From Candidatus Poribacteria bacterium (GTDB lineage: Bacteria; Poribacteria; WGA-4E; JAJDTR01), in the NCBI GenBank assembly GCA_965222225.1, contig CBDCTK010000002.1:2592001-2656000 (forward strand): a stretch of DNA of 64,000 nt, read 5' to 3'. Below are positions 53,834-62,613 of this stretch, one piece after another; position 1 is the first letter of the stretch, and each line of letters starts with the position of its first letter. Position numbers and translations under genes: made by a program. Under the pieces are notes generated by a model. It had not been told where the DNA came from. It worked only from the letters and a program-made list of their open reading frames with translations, and did not search any database.

Positions 53834-55261
53834 ATGCAAACTGCGAAACTCCTTCCGTTCTTTGCGCTCCTATGCCTAAGTCTTGGATGCGGCGGCTATA
53901 AGATGGGGGAGATTTATAGTTCGTTAGAAGCGGGAAACCCTGAAGCTGCCCTCAACTACCTTGATAAGAAGGCGCCGGACAAAGAGAACCTCCCGTTCCT
54001 TTTTGAACGGGGACTGGTTGCACATTACGCGGATCGCTATCAGGAAAGCAACGCGGCGCTAGCGCGGGCGGAATCCATTTCGGAAGACCTCTATACCCGC
54101 AGTATTTCCAAGGAGGCGGCCGCGCTGCTCACAACCGACTTGGTGCGGCCCTATCCCGGTGCGCGCTATGAGCGGCTCTTGAGCCATTACTATCGGATTC
54201 TCAATTATCTTTATCTGAACGAAATTGAGGATGCACTGGTAGAATGCCGTCGTGCGACGCGGCTCATCCGGTACTACGTAAACGAGCATGAGGATTACGA
54301 TTTTTTCGGTGCGCCGTTTTTGGCGTATTTGACGGGTATACTCTTCGAATCTTCCGGAGAGTTGAACGATGCCTTCATCTCCTACCAGCAGGCTGAAGAG
54401 TATTATGAACGCGTGTCGCCCAAAACAGGGGAAAGCCTTCCCCAGGATATCGGCGACTCGCTGGTACGGTTAGCACGCGCCCTGGGGTTTTCTGAAGAGG
54501 AGGCGCTTTACCGGAGGAAATATGGTGACCCACATGAACCGACCAAAGGTTATGGCGAACTCATCCTCTTTTACGAAAGCGGGTACGTGCCTGCCAAATA
54601 TGAAGAAACGCTGACATTTCCTATCCTGAAAACCGATTCGTTTGAAGACGAACCCAAGAAGAGACGTGGGAATCGGAAGACTTCGAACTTTGCCAGAACG
54701 CTCGTGTCGCGCCGCGGCAAATCCTATTCGGAAACCAAGTTGGAGTATCTTCTGCACGTCGCAATGCCCGCAATTCGTTCCAATCGCCCCCGACTCACAG
54801 GGATTGCTGTAGAAGCCGGCGAAGCCGAACAGAGAGGGATTCTGGTTGCCGATGTCGAAACTATGGCAATAGAAACGCTAGAATCTCAGGAGGGGGGCAT
54901 TCTCCTGCGCACGGTGACGCGTGCTTTGTTGAAATACCTTGCCTACCGGGAAATAACGAAGAAATCGGAAGATGAAAGCGAATCGGAGGAGGAAGCTGAT
55001 CGTACAAAAGAAATTTTCATGGATTTGCTAGGACGCGCGGTGAACGTTGTGAACATAGCCACCGAACGTGCCGACACCCGCTCGTGGCAAACCTTGTCGA
55101 ATCAAATTTTTCTTGTACGGATGCGCTTGCCAGCGGGCAGCCACACTGTCACGCTTGTGTTTTCCGACGGAGTTAACCGTCAAAGAGGGGTTGAGTCATT
55201 GGAGGATGTCGTCATTCGGGAGAATGAAGCGACTTTTCTGAATTACCGCACATTTGAGTAG
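53834..55261 (+). CDS. COG3014-like TPR lipoprotein
   Basis: LGC lipobox; Y.G..YE, NYL...DALVE.RR, ADTRSWQTL; usual neighbour of LpoB-like genes. Confidence 0.75.
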   Translation: MQTAKLLPFFALLCLSLGCGGYKMGEIYSSLEAGNPEAALNYLDKKAPDKENLPFLFERGLVAHYADRYQESNAALARAESISEDLYTRSISKEAAALLTTDLVRPYPGARYERLLSHYYRILNYLYLNEIEDALVECRRATRLIRYYVNEHEDYDFFGAPFLAYLTGILFESSGELNDAFISYQQAEEYYERVSPKTGESLPQDIGDSLVRLARALGFSEEEALYRRKYGDPHEPTKGYGELILFYESGYVPAKYEETLTFPILKTDSFEDEPKKRRGNRKTSNFARTLVSRRGKSYSETKLEYLLHVAMPAIRSNRPRLTGIAVEAGEAEQRGILVADVETMAIETLESQEGGILLRTVTRALLKYLAYREITKKSEDESESEEEADRTKEIFMDLLGRAVNVVNIATERADTRSWQTLSNQIFLVRMRLPAGSHTVTLVFSDGVNRQRGVESLEDVVIRENEATFLNYRTFE

Positions 55262-55464
55262 GCGTCGGTGGTTCGGCGTAGCGCGGGAAATTGCTATCAG
55301 TCCACTCTACAGGTACGGTTTGGATGTTCCTATCCGAGCGAAGTGGGCACGGTAGATAAAACGCAACACAACACACAAATAGATCCAGTTTCCACAATTT
55401 CCGGTTGGTGGCAACTTGGGTCATTTTAATCGTCCAAAAACGAGTGCCGAGTTGAGCAACACGC

Positions 55465-55839
55465 GGCGTCGGTTCGGTGTATTACTCCGATTCGGCTTTC
55501 TGGACAGCGGATTGCCATAAAATACCGGTTCTCTATGTGATTTCGAACAATGGATCGTACGGGGTCGTTGCTCGCGCCTTCGGAAACGCTGGCGGCAGTA
55601 TACAGAAGACGGGTGAATATGCGGGGGTTGTTCTGGATAATATTGATATCGTGAAAATCGCCGAAGCGTATGGAGGACGGTATGCACGTGCAAGAGGAAT
55701 CAGAGCTTGCCGATGTGCCATGGAGCGTGGATTGAATGTGGTTGAAGGCGAGTGGCACCCATATATCCTGAACGTGCATTTGCCTGTTGGTCTTCCGGCA
55801 GGCGGCCGCCCGGCGAAACCGTACCATTTCCCAGAGTAG
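55465..55839 (+). pseudogene. C-terminal fragment of a TPP-dependent enzyme
   Basis: Degenerate TPP motif GVGS(GDGS)VYY...IPVLYVISNNGSYG; no N-terminal domains upstream. Confidence 0.65.
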
Positions 55840-56050
55840 CACAGTTGGCGTGAGTTGCTACCCGTGTCTGCGCCGTTTTCGCATCAGGGTAGCAACTCGG
55901 GTTACCGTTGAACCTTACGCGCAAGACATGAATACCGGTGAAATTCTAACTTCACACCGAGGTCGGACAGATTAAAGCGGATTGTACAGGTAAGGGGTTA
56001 TGGGCCCGATTTAGGTTTTTTGGTGCCAGGATTGTTAAAGTTGGTCCACC

Positions 56051-56114
56051 TGACGTGCACGTCACGCGAATTGGGAAGAATGCCGTTGAAAATCCGAGTT
56101 TGAAGCGGTATAGT
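56051..56114 (+). promoter_or_regulatory. 14-bp palindrome plus sigma70 promoter
   Basis: TGACGTGCACGTCA 56051-56064; TTGAAA-17 bp-TATAGT 56086-56114. Confidence 0.55.
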
Positions 56115-56146
56115 TCATAGCCGCTCGAATTCAAAGGAGAATTGCG

Positions 56147-56695
56147 ATGGAAGAATGGATTAGAATTGTCGTGCCGATGGCAGGAACATTCGTCGCGATT
56201 GCTGCGCTGTGGTGGAAGCTTACCAGTAGCGTGGCGACAAAAATTGACATAACAGGTCTGAAGTCTGACCTAAAAGAAGATATGGCGGGTTTGGAGTCTG
56301 GCCTGAAAGACGATATTGCAGGTTTGAAGGCTGATATGAACAGGGCAGATGACAACCTTCAGAAGCAAATCAGCCATGCGGTTGATTTGACGCTTAGCGT
56401 GACTCAGGAAATCAGAGAGGATATGCGGCAGATGCGCTCGGAGTTCCTGAAACTTGGTGAGAAAATGGATGCCGGCTTATTCAAGCTTGATGAGAAAATG
56501 GACGCGGGATTCACTCGACTTGACGACAAGATAGATTCCGGCTTAACCCGACTTGATGACAAGATGGAGGCCAATTCTCAGGCGTCCCATGTGGAGACAA
56601 TGAAATTTACAGAAAAAATAGATAACGTGGCGAACGATCTCCGCGCTGAAATCAGAGAACGGATAAATGGCAAGACCGAGGATATTGATAGTTAA
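56147..56695 (+). CDS. Membrane-anchored coiled-coil protein with 11-aa repeats (DUF1640/Bdr-like)
   Basis: AAGGAG RBS; N-terminal TM; repeats GLKSDLKEDMA/GLESGLKDDIA and KLGEKMDAGLF/KLDEKMDAGFT/RLDDKIDSGLT. Confidence 0.75.
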   Translation: MEEWIRIVVPMAGTFVAIAALWWKLTSSVATKIDITGLKSDLKEDMAGLESGLKDDIAGLKADMNRADDNLQKQISHAVDLTLSVTQEIREDMRQMRSEFLKLGEKMDAGLFKLDEKMDAGFTRLDDKIDSGLTRLDDKMEANSQASHVETMKFTEKIDNVANDLRAEIRERINGKTEDIDS

Positions 56696-56880
56696 AACAA
56701 AATTGCGCTTTCACGTGCACGCCACTTTGACTCGGTGAGAGCAAAGTTTACAATTAAACACCGTTTTGATTCTTGAACACGACGCACAAGTCATGGAAGA
56801 AGGCGAACAATTTATGCAAGACATCGAATCCTGTGTGCATTCTACCTTTTAGGTGCCAAGGCGGTTATGAAAAGGAGATT

Positions 56881-57687
56881 ATGGAACGGAGAGGAACAAG
56901 GTTAGAAGGTAAAGTCGCTATTGTAACGGGTGCAGGCACCGTCACCGATGTCGCCGGAACAGGGCAAGCCATGGCTATCCTGTTCGCCAGACACGGCGCG
57001 AAGGTGATTGTGGCGGACATGTCGGAAGCGAACGCCCAAAAGACAATTGACACGATAGAGGCTGAAGGGGGCACGGCGTCCCTGTTCATCGTTGACGTAA
57101 CCAAGAACGCGGAATGCAAGGCGATGGTAGACGCGGCGGTCGAGCGTTACGGCGGGCTGGACATTCTCATCAATAACGTGGGAATTGGCCGCGGCGGGAC
57201 GGTTGTTGACGTCTCCGAGGAGGAGTGGGATCTCGTGCTGAACGTCAATCTCAAGAGCATGATGCTAACCAGCAAGCACGCCATTCCCACCATGATTGAG
57301 GGGGGTGGGGGTGCAATTATAAACCTGTCCTCGATCGACGGTCTGCGGGCGGGTTGGATAGCCGATATCCACTACAGCGCGGCTAAGGGCGGTGTCATCG
57401 CCATGACCAAGAACATGGCGGTACATCACGGTCGGGACAACATCCGCGTCAATGCCATTGCCCCCGGACACCTTTACGCATCGCTTGTCAGCAAGATTTC
57501 CGAGGAAGACCGAGAGATGCGACGTCGCGCCGCGCCATTGGGGACGGAGGGCACGGCGTGGGATGTCGCCTGGGCGGCGTTGTTCTTGGCGAGCGACGAA
57601 GCACGCTGGATTTCCGGTATCGTGCTGCCGGTTGATGCCGGGCTTATCGCGACGACGCCGCTTTCGATGCTGCCTCATTTGCGATAG
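56881..57687 (+). CDS. Short-chain dehydrogenase/reductase
   Basis: GKVAIVTGAG, NNVG, NLSS, YSAAKGG, IRVNAIAPG. Confidence 0.93.
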   Translation: MERRGTRLEGKVAIVTGAGTVTDVAGTGQAMAILFARHGAKVIVADMSEANAQKTIDTIEAEGGTASLFIVDVTKNAECKAMVDAAVERYGGLDILINNVGIGRGGTVVDVSEEEWDLVLNVNLKSMMLTSKHAIPTMIEGGGGAIINLSSIDGLRAGWIADIHYSAAKGGVIAMTKNMAVHHGRDNIRVNAIAPGHLYASLVSKISEEDREMRRRAAPLGTEGTAWDVAWAALFLASDEARWISGIVLPVDAGLIATTPLSMLPHLR

Positions 57688-58180
57688 AGATTCTAGGACG
57701 ATAGAATATCCTGATCGTTGTCCACTCGCTTAATCGCTCCTGCGGGGAGTTTAGCGTCGGAATAAGAATTAAGCGCCCTAACGCGAACTTTTAAAGCCTG
57801 TTTGAAAATAGATGGTAAAGCCATTCTAGGGCATTTGAACGCTATTACCTGTAGAATCTCTATCGCATTGCGTACCCTACAAGAATTGGTGGGCGGTGCC
57901 CACCCTACAAATGTACAAAGTCAAGCTTAGGTGTGCAATTGCGTAAGTCCCAAATTTGATACAGCTTGCCAGAAGCGCTCTAAATGCCCAATCCGTAGGG
58001 TGGGCACCGCCCACCATATTGTATGCTACCCGTTCGCGTCAAATGATGCCACGTATTTCTCGCCGTAAAGAAACCGAGTTTTGCGGAAAAAACTCGGTTT
58101 CGTCCGAGTCGTGTCCATAGTCCTTTGCATTTATATTTACACATATGAGCGTTGATTGACTCGACTTAGCTCGCTTTCCG

Positions 58181-60502
58181 TCATTGAGCCGTATCCTCCC
58201 TCCCTTTCTCCCACTCGCACCGCTCAATCCAATCCTTTGCGGCGAGGGTTGAACCGAGCGGCAAGTCGTTATCTTCGGACAACCGCTGAAACTGCGACAT
58301 CGCGCCGTCGTATTGTCGCAGATGATACAGATTGATTGCAAACAGCCGCGTGTTCTCAATCCGCAAAACCCGATGCGGCAAGCCAAACGCCGCTGCTTTT
58401 ACAAGGTAGTCGTTCGATGCCGCATACCCCTGATCGAGATGTAGTTGACGCCCAATTATGTAGAGAGCAAGCCCCCACTCCGGCATCTCATCGATCACCT
58501 CGTGGAGTAGATTCAACCTTGATGTGTTTGACTCCTTCCCAATCAACACCTGTTTCATCCGTGACCGCGCCGTTGTCGATTCAAGCGCGAGCGTCGCAAG
58601 TTTGGCGTGCGCTTCTCGACTGAGCGCGTCCGATGCATTGAGCGCCGATACCTCTTGATAGAGCGTTTGAGCGGATTCGTGTCTTCCGGCACCCCAGTTC
58701 AGATCGCCTTGCACGCTTTTGGCTTCGGCGATTTGCCGCGTTGTCGCGGCGGGATGAGCAGTGATTTTCTTCGCCCAATTGCTTGCTTGATCGTAATCTC
58801 CCGTCCGGTAATGAGCGTACATTAGCCCGCGCAGGTGACGCGGATCTTCTGAATCGAATTCGTGGATCCGGTTGAATAACCGAATCGCCCGCGCGAAGTT
58901 CGACTGACGATACGCCCTCCACGCCTTCGCCGAGAGTTCGGCAATCTCGTGGGCGCACGTCTTCTGAAAGATGCTCCCACGCTTCAAACGGTGTTCCGCC
59001 ATAGTCAAATCTTCGGGGGTCAGGGGAACGGTGTCCAGAAACGTCTCCCACTCGTTGCTCAGCTCCGCCAAGGATTTGCCGTAAACGGCTCTAAAATTCC
59101 CAGTCGGAAAAACACGCCTGAACGCCTCTATGCCGTATGTATCCACCACGTATCGGACGAACGATCCGGCGAGCATGTAGCTGCGTGAAGACGCCTGCGC
59201 CCAGAAACCGAGTCCCATGATTTGCTCTATCTCTGGGGCGACATCCAACTCCCTCATTGCCTTGCTCCATTGATGGGGTGTCAGTTTTCCCTCGTCCCAA
59301 TCGGCGACGACAGCGATGCCTTCGTGCAACCCCAGCTTAAGGCTGACCTTGAAGAACGGATGCCAATCAGTCGTCAGTGCGTGGACTAATTCGTGTTTGA
59401 TGATTGGGTGGGGAAACGGCTCGTAATTGACGTGAAAGCCGTAGCCGAACGGGTCTTCAACCAAGGTGTGCCCGGCGCCAATCAAGCGTTTTTTCTGGTC
59501 GGGCGATGTGTAGATATAGGCGTTCACCTTCCGTGAGGGCTGCGTCTGGAGATACGCGATTAGCTGGGCATACCGAAATTCGTGGTCTCGCGCAATCTTA
59601 TCGATTTCCCGTTCAACCTTCGACCCTTTCTCATAGAAAATATTAAAATGGTCTGTTTCGTGCAGTCCTCCCAACGTTCTTTCAATGTATCCCCGCGTCG
59701 GGCGCAAGCCGAGTTCACCCCTGTTCAGGTAAACAAGTAGAAGTAAACATGCGAGGGCTAGGAGTTGAATTCGCGGATATACCTCCACGAAACGCGGCTT
59801 AAACCGATAGAGTTTCCGCCAGTTCAAAGAGAGGGTAAGTTGGGGGCGTCTGCCACTCTCGAACGTAATGATTGAGAGCGATAGGAAGAGCCACGTCAGC
59901 AGAATCGCGGTTCCGCGCGCGATGAGGAGTGAGCCGGTGATTGAAATCTGTTCATCGTATATGGGTCCGGGAAGGTAACCGAAAGCCGCATGGAATCCGA
60001 ACACCGGGGGATGGAAGATGAGATTGTAGACGAACGTAAGGAATGTGACGACGATATACGCCAAGTATGCGGTATACCCACCCCAACGCCGCTTCATCCA
60101 GAAACCGAAAAACAGTCCGGCAGCAGTCGCGTAGGCGCAACTGATAACCGGCAACAGAAAAAAGAACGCCAAGCCGTCGGACAGATTGCAGTTCTTGACA
60201 CGCAGCGCGTTCAGGGACAGAATAGCCAGCGGCGCGATCAACAGCGTCAGGTTTGCCCCGAGCGTCCTCCAGAAAAGGGTTATCACGATTTGGTGGGATG
60301 AGCCTGAAAGGATTTGGAGTGAGCGCCTCAGATGGTGTACACAGGTTACGCTGATATACGCCCCGGCGAATGCGATGCCGATGGTGAGGACGGCGCAGGA
60401 TTCAAACGCCAACAGGTTGAACAGCGGAACGCGGATCAGCACTAACCCGATCCCTGCCAAGATGATGAACCAGAGCCAGTATGAGATTGATTTGAAAATC
60501 AT
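58181..60502 (-). CDS. Multi-TM membrane protein with gluzincin-type metallopeptidase domain and TPRs
   Basis: About 7 N-terminal TM helices; HELVH...HEG..A zinc motif; Y..AGSFV.Y; TPR-like C-terminus. Confidence 0.75.
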   Translation of the reverse strand: MIFKSISYWLWFIILAGIGLVLIRVPLFNLLAFESCAVLTIGIAFAGAYISVTCVHHLRRSLQILSGSSHQIVITLFWRTLGANLTLLIAPLAILSLNALRVKNCNLSDGLAFFFLLPVISCAYATAAGLFFGFWMKRRWGGYTAYLAYIVVTFLTFVYNLIFHPPVFGFHAAFGYLPGPIYDEQISITGSLLIARGTAILLTWLFLSLSIITFESGRRPQLTLSLNWRKLYRFKPRFVEVYPRIQLLALACLLLLVYLNRGELGLRPTRGYIERTLGGLHETDHFNIFYEKGSKVEREIDKIARDHEFRYAQLIAYLQTQPSRKVNAYIYTSPDQKKRLIGAGHTLVEDPFGYGFHVNYEPFPHPIIKHELVHALTTDWHPFFKVSLKLGLHEGIAVVADWDEGKLTPHQWSKAMRELDVAPEIEQIMGLGFWAQASSRSYMLAGSFVRYVVDTYGIEAFRRVFPTGNFRAVYGKSLAELSNEWETFLDTVPLTPEDLTMAEHRLKRGSIFQKTCAHEIAELSAKAWRAYRQSNFARAIRLFNRIHEFDSEDPRHLRGLMYAHYRTGDYDQASNWAKKITAHPAATTRQIAEAKSVQGDLNWGAGRHESAQTLYQEVSALNASDALSREAHAKLATLALESTTARSRMKQVLIGKESNTSRLNLLHEVIDEMPEWGLALYIIGRQLHLDQGYAASNDYLVKAAAFGLPHRVLRIENTRLFAINLYHLRQYDGAMSQFQRLSEDNDLPLGSTLAAKDWIERCEWEKGREDTAQ

Positions 60503-60642
60503 GTGTCGTGGTTACGTAAACCTGGAATTGAAGTAGAGAAATCCTAGGCTATATAAAAAAAAATGGATGCTTCTTGGGATATGGATGAATTTTAGCTGAA
60601 AATGAGGGAAGTGAAGTCATCCGTGCGATACCGAGATCGCCC

Positions 60643-60670
60643 TTGACATTCCTTGAACATTACCTATACT
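60643..60670 (+). promoter_or_regulatory. Putative sigma70 promoter
   Basis: TTGACA-16 bp-TATACT upstream of 60769. Confidence 0.55.
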
Positions 60671-60768
60671 TTACGTACCAACCTTGAGGACTCCCGAATT
60701 TATGTTTGGAAATCACGTAATTTGAGTCCGTGAGCCAAGAAATCTACACCGAAAGGAAGTGCCAATTC

Positions 60769-61155
60769 ATGAAAACACCACACGATTGCGACCACGAAAG
60801 GTTGTTGGTCGCAAATCTGTCAATTGATTTTGTTCCATCTACCAAACTCACGTCGTTCGCCTTTTTGGGAGTAAAATATGAGGTAGAATCTTGGCCGGAC
60901 CTGTTAGTAAAATTATGGGAAATACTGCAAGACCAACCTGACTTTCGAAGTGCATTGCACCGCTTCGACCAATATGTGTCAGAATATGACGGTGTGGCCT
61001 TCCCAAAAGGAGCCAAGCGAATTAACGACACAGATTTCTTGATTATGACCGACTACCCGGACAATAAATTAAAAGCTATCGCAACGGAATTGCTAGAGCA
61101 CTTCGAATATAAGGCGACAGACTTGTCATTTGAATATCACTCTGGTAACGAATAG
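60769..61155 (+). CDS. Hypothetical protein, possible SeqA-C-like DNA-binding domain
   Basis: 128 aa with promoter and AAGGA RBS; F.F.G..Y.V.SW.DLL pattern (weak resemblance). Confidence 0.6.
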   Translation: MKTPHDCDHERLLVANLSIDFVPSTKLTSFAFLGVKYEVESWPDLLVKLWEILQDQPDFRSALHRFDQYVSEYDGVAFPKGAKRINDTDFLIMTDYPDNKLKAIATELLEHFEYKATDLSFEYHSGNE

Positions 61156-61461
61156 CTTCATTTTCTTCCCTAACCTCCTAAGTCAATGAATGTCACTATC
61201 ATTTACCATCGTTGTTCTTACTTTCAGAAGTTGACCTGCCGTTATAATTTCCAAAACTTCATGAGGTGTGATTCCGACTCTTCACAGGCGCTATCGATCT
61301 CTTGAAATCAGTAGAGTCAATGTCACATTGACAACGCAACCCTGAAATGGGCACGCGTAGCGGTTCTGCCTCAATTCGAATGTTGCCGTGACACATCTCA
61401 GTTCAGGATGCTGCTGATTTGGCACATCTGAATACCGGCGTTCATACTATACAAACGACTT

Positions 61462-62472
61462 CTATCTACGGGAACCCGACATGGTTACTTTGCTGCCACG
61501 GTGCGTATCTGTTGTGCCAACATCGTAGGGAAGGAATTTGTGCTTTACAGAAACATCAACAGATTCATTGGAGCCCAAATTTGATGCAGTGGTAGGTAAC
61601 TTGAGCTTGTTTAGTTTCTCTGCCCGTAGAATTTCTACAATGGAGTAATCGGGATCATGGCGAAACACTCTTGCACGGGCTTCAAACCATTTCTGAATCC
61701 ATTCCTTATCCTCCGTCCAGATACTTCCCAATACCTTGTCCATCGGACTTTTGTTTCGTTCCCGAAGTTCCGCAGTAGCACTTCCCCGCTCAGTTGGAGA
61801 TGATGGAAAGTGGTGTAGTAATTTCAAACTCGTAGTACCGCGTGGAAAGAAGATTAAGGATTCTTCTGGCGTTTGGCCTGATGGGGTAATACGGACTAAA
61901 ACATACCTCACTATTCTTAAGTTTCCAGGCTTCCACACAAGGTATAGCCCGTATCCTTGGTAAGTGGATTTGCCCTCTGAATTAGTGCTAAATTCATATT
62001 CTTTCTCCAAATAAATCTGTTGTGCGTCAATAGAGTAATCAAAGGTTATCTTGGACGGTTTGCCAACATCGTAAGGTCTATATGGGTGTCCCACAAGAAC
62101 AGTATCAATGTATGTGAACTCGGTCGTGGCATCCCAAACGGTATTTGGTCGGTCGAAAGTGTCCCGTGTCGAAGCTGGAGGTAATTCTACCGACAATAAA
62201 ACGTTTTGCCCCACAACTTCATTATGACGAAATAATCGCGAGCGAAACTCTCCTACTGGAAAGAAATACAGGACTGAATTTGTAATCTGGCTTCCATAGT
62301 AATCAAACCGAGTTCTATGAAATAACACGATTCGCTGTTCTTTAAGTGGCTCGGTCCACTGAAGGTGAAATTCACTCTCCCCATCTTTGACGAGATAGAC
62401 TTCCGGATCGCCACAACCAAGTCCGATGAACACCAATGTTATTAAAGTGACGAGGTATTTGAAATACTGCAT
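61462..62472 (-). CDS. Hypothetical lipoprotein with an apparent internal domain duplication
   Basis: AAGGAG RBS; LGC lipobox; repeated motifs VYLVK/IYLEK, YFFPVG/IFFPRG, PYDVG twice. Confidence 0.75.
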   Translation of the reverse strand: MQYFKYLVTLITLVFIGLGCGDPEVYLVKDGESEFHLQWTEPLKEQRIVLFHRTRFDYYGSQITNSVLYFFPVGEFRSRLFRHNEVVGQNVLLSVELPPASTRDTFDRPNTVWDATTEFTYIDTVLVGHPYRPYDVGKPSKITFDYSIDAQQIYLEKEYEFSTNSEGKSTYQGYGLYLVWKPGNLRIVRYVLVRITPSGQTPEESLIFFPRGTTSLKLLHHFPSSPTERGSATAELRERNKSPMDKVLGSIWTEDKEWIQKWFEARARVFRHDPDYSIVEILRAEKLNKLKLPTTASNLGSNESVDVSVKHKFLPYDVGTTDTHRGSKVTMSGSRR

Positions 62473-62576
62473 AATGATTGCTCCTTACTATATTGTTTGT
62501 AGTGCGTTGGTTGGATTGAACGATCAACCGACTGAATAGGAAGGGGACAGCAAATCCCGCGCGATAGAGGTTTTTA

Positions 62577-62613
62577 ATCCGTGAAATCTGCGTAATCTGA
62601 GTAATCCGTGATT
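62577..62613. repeat. Nonamer tandem repeat (AATCYGNGN x4)
   Basis: aatccgtga aatctgcgt aatctgagt aatccgtga right after the stop of the dockerin gene. Confidence 0.6.
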
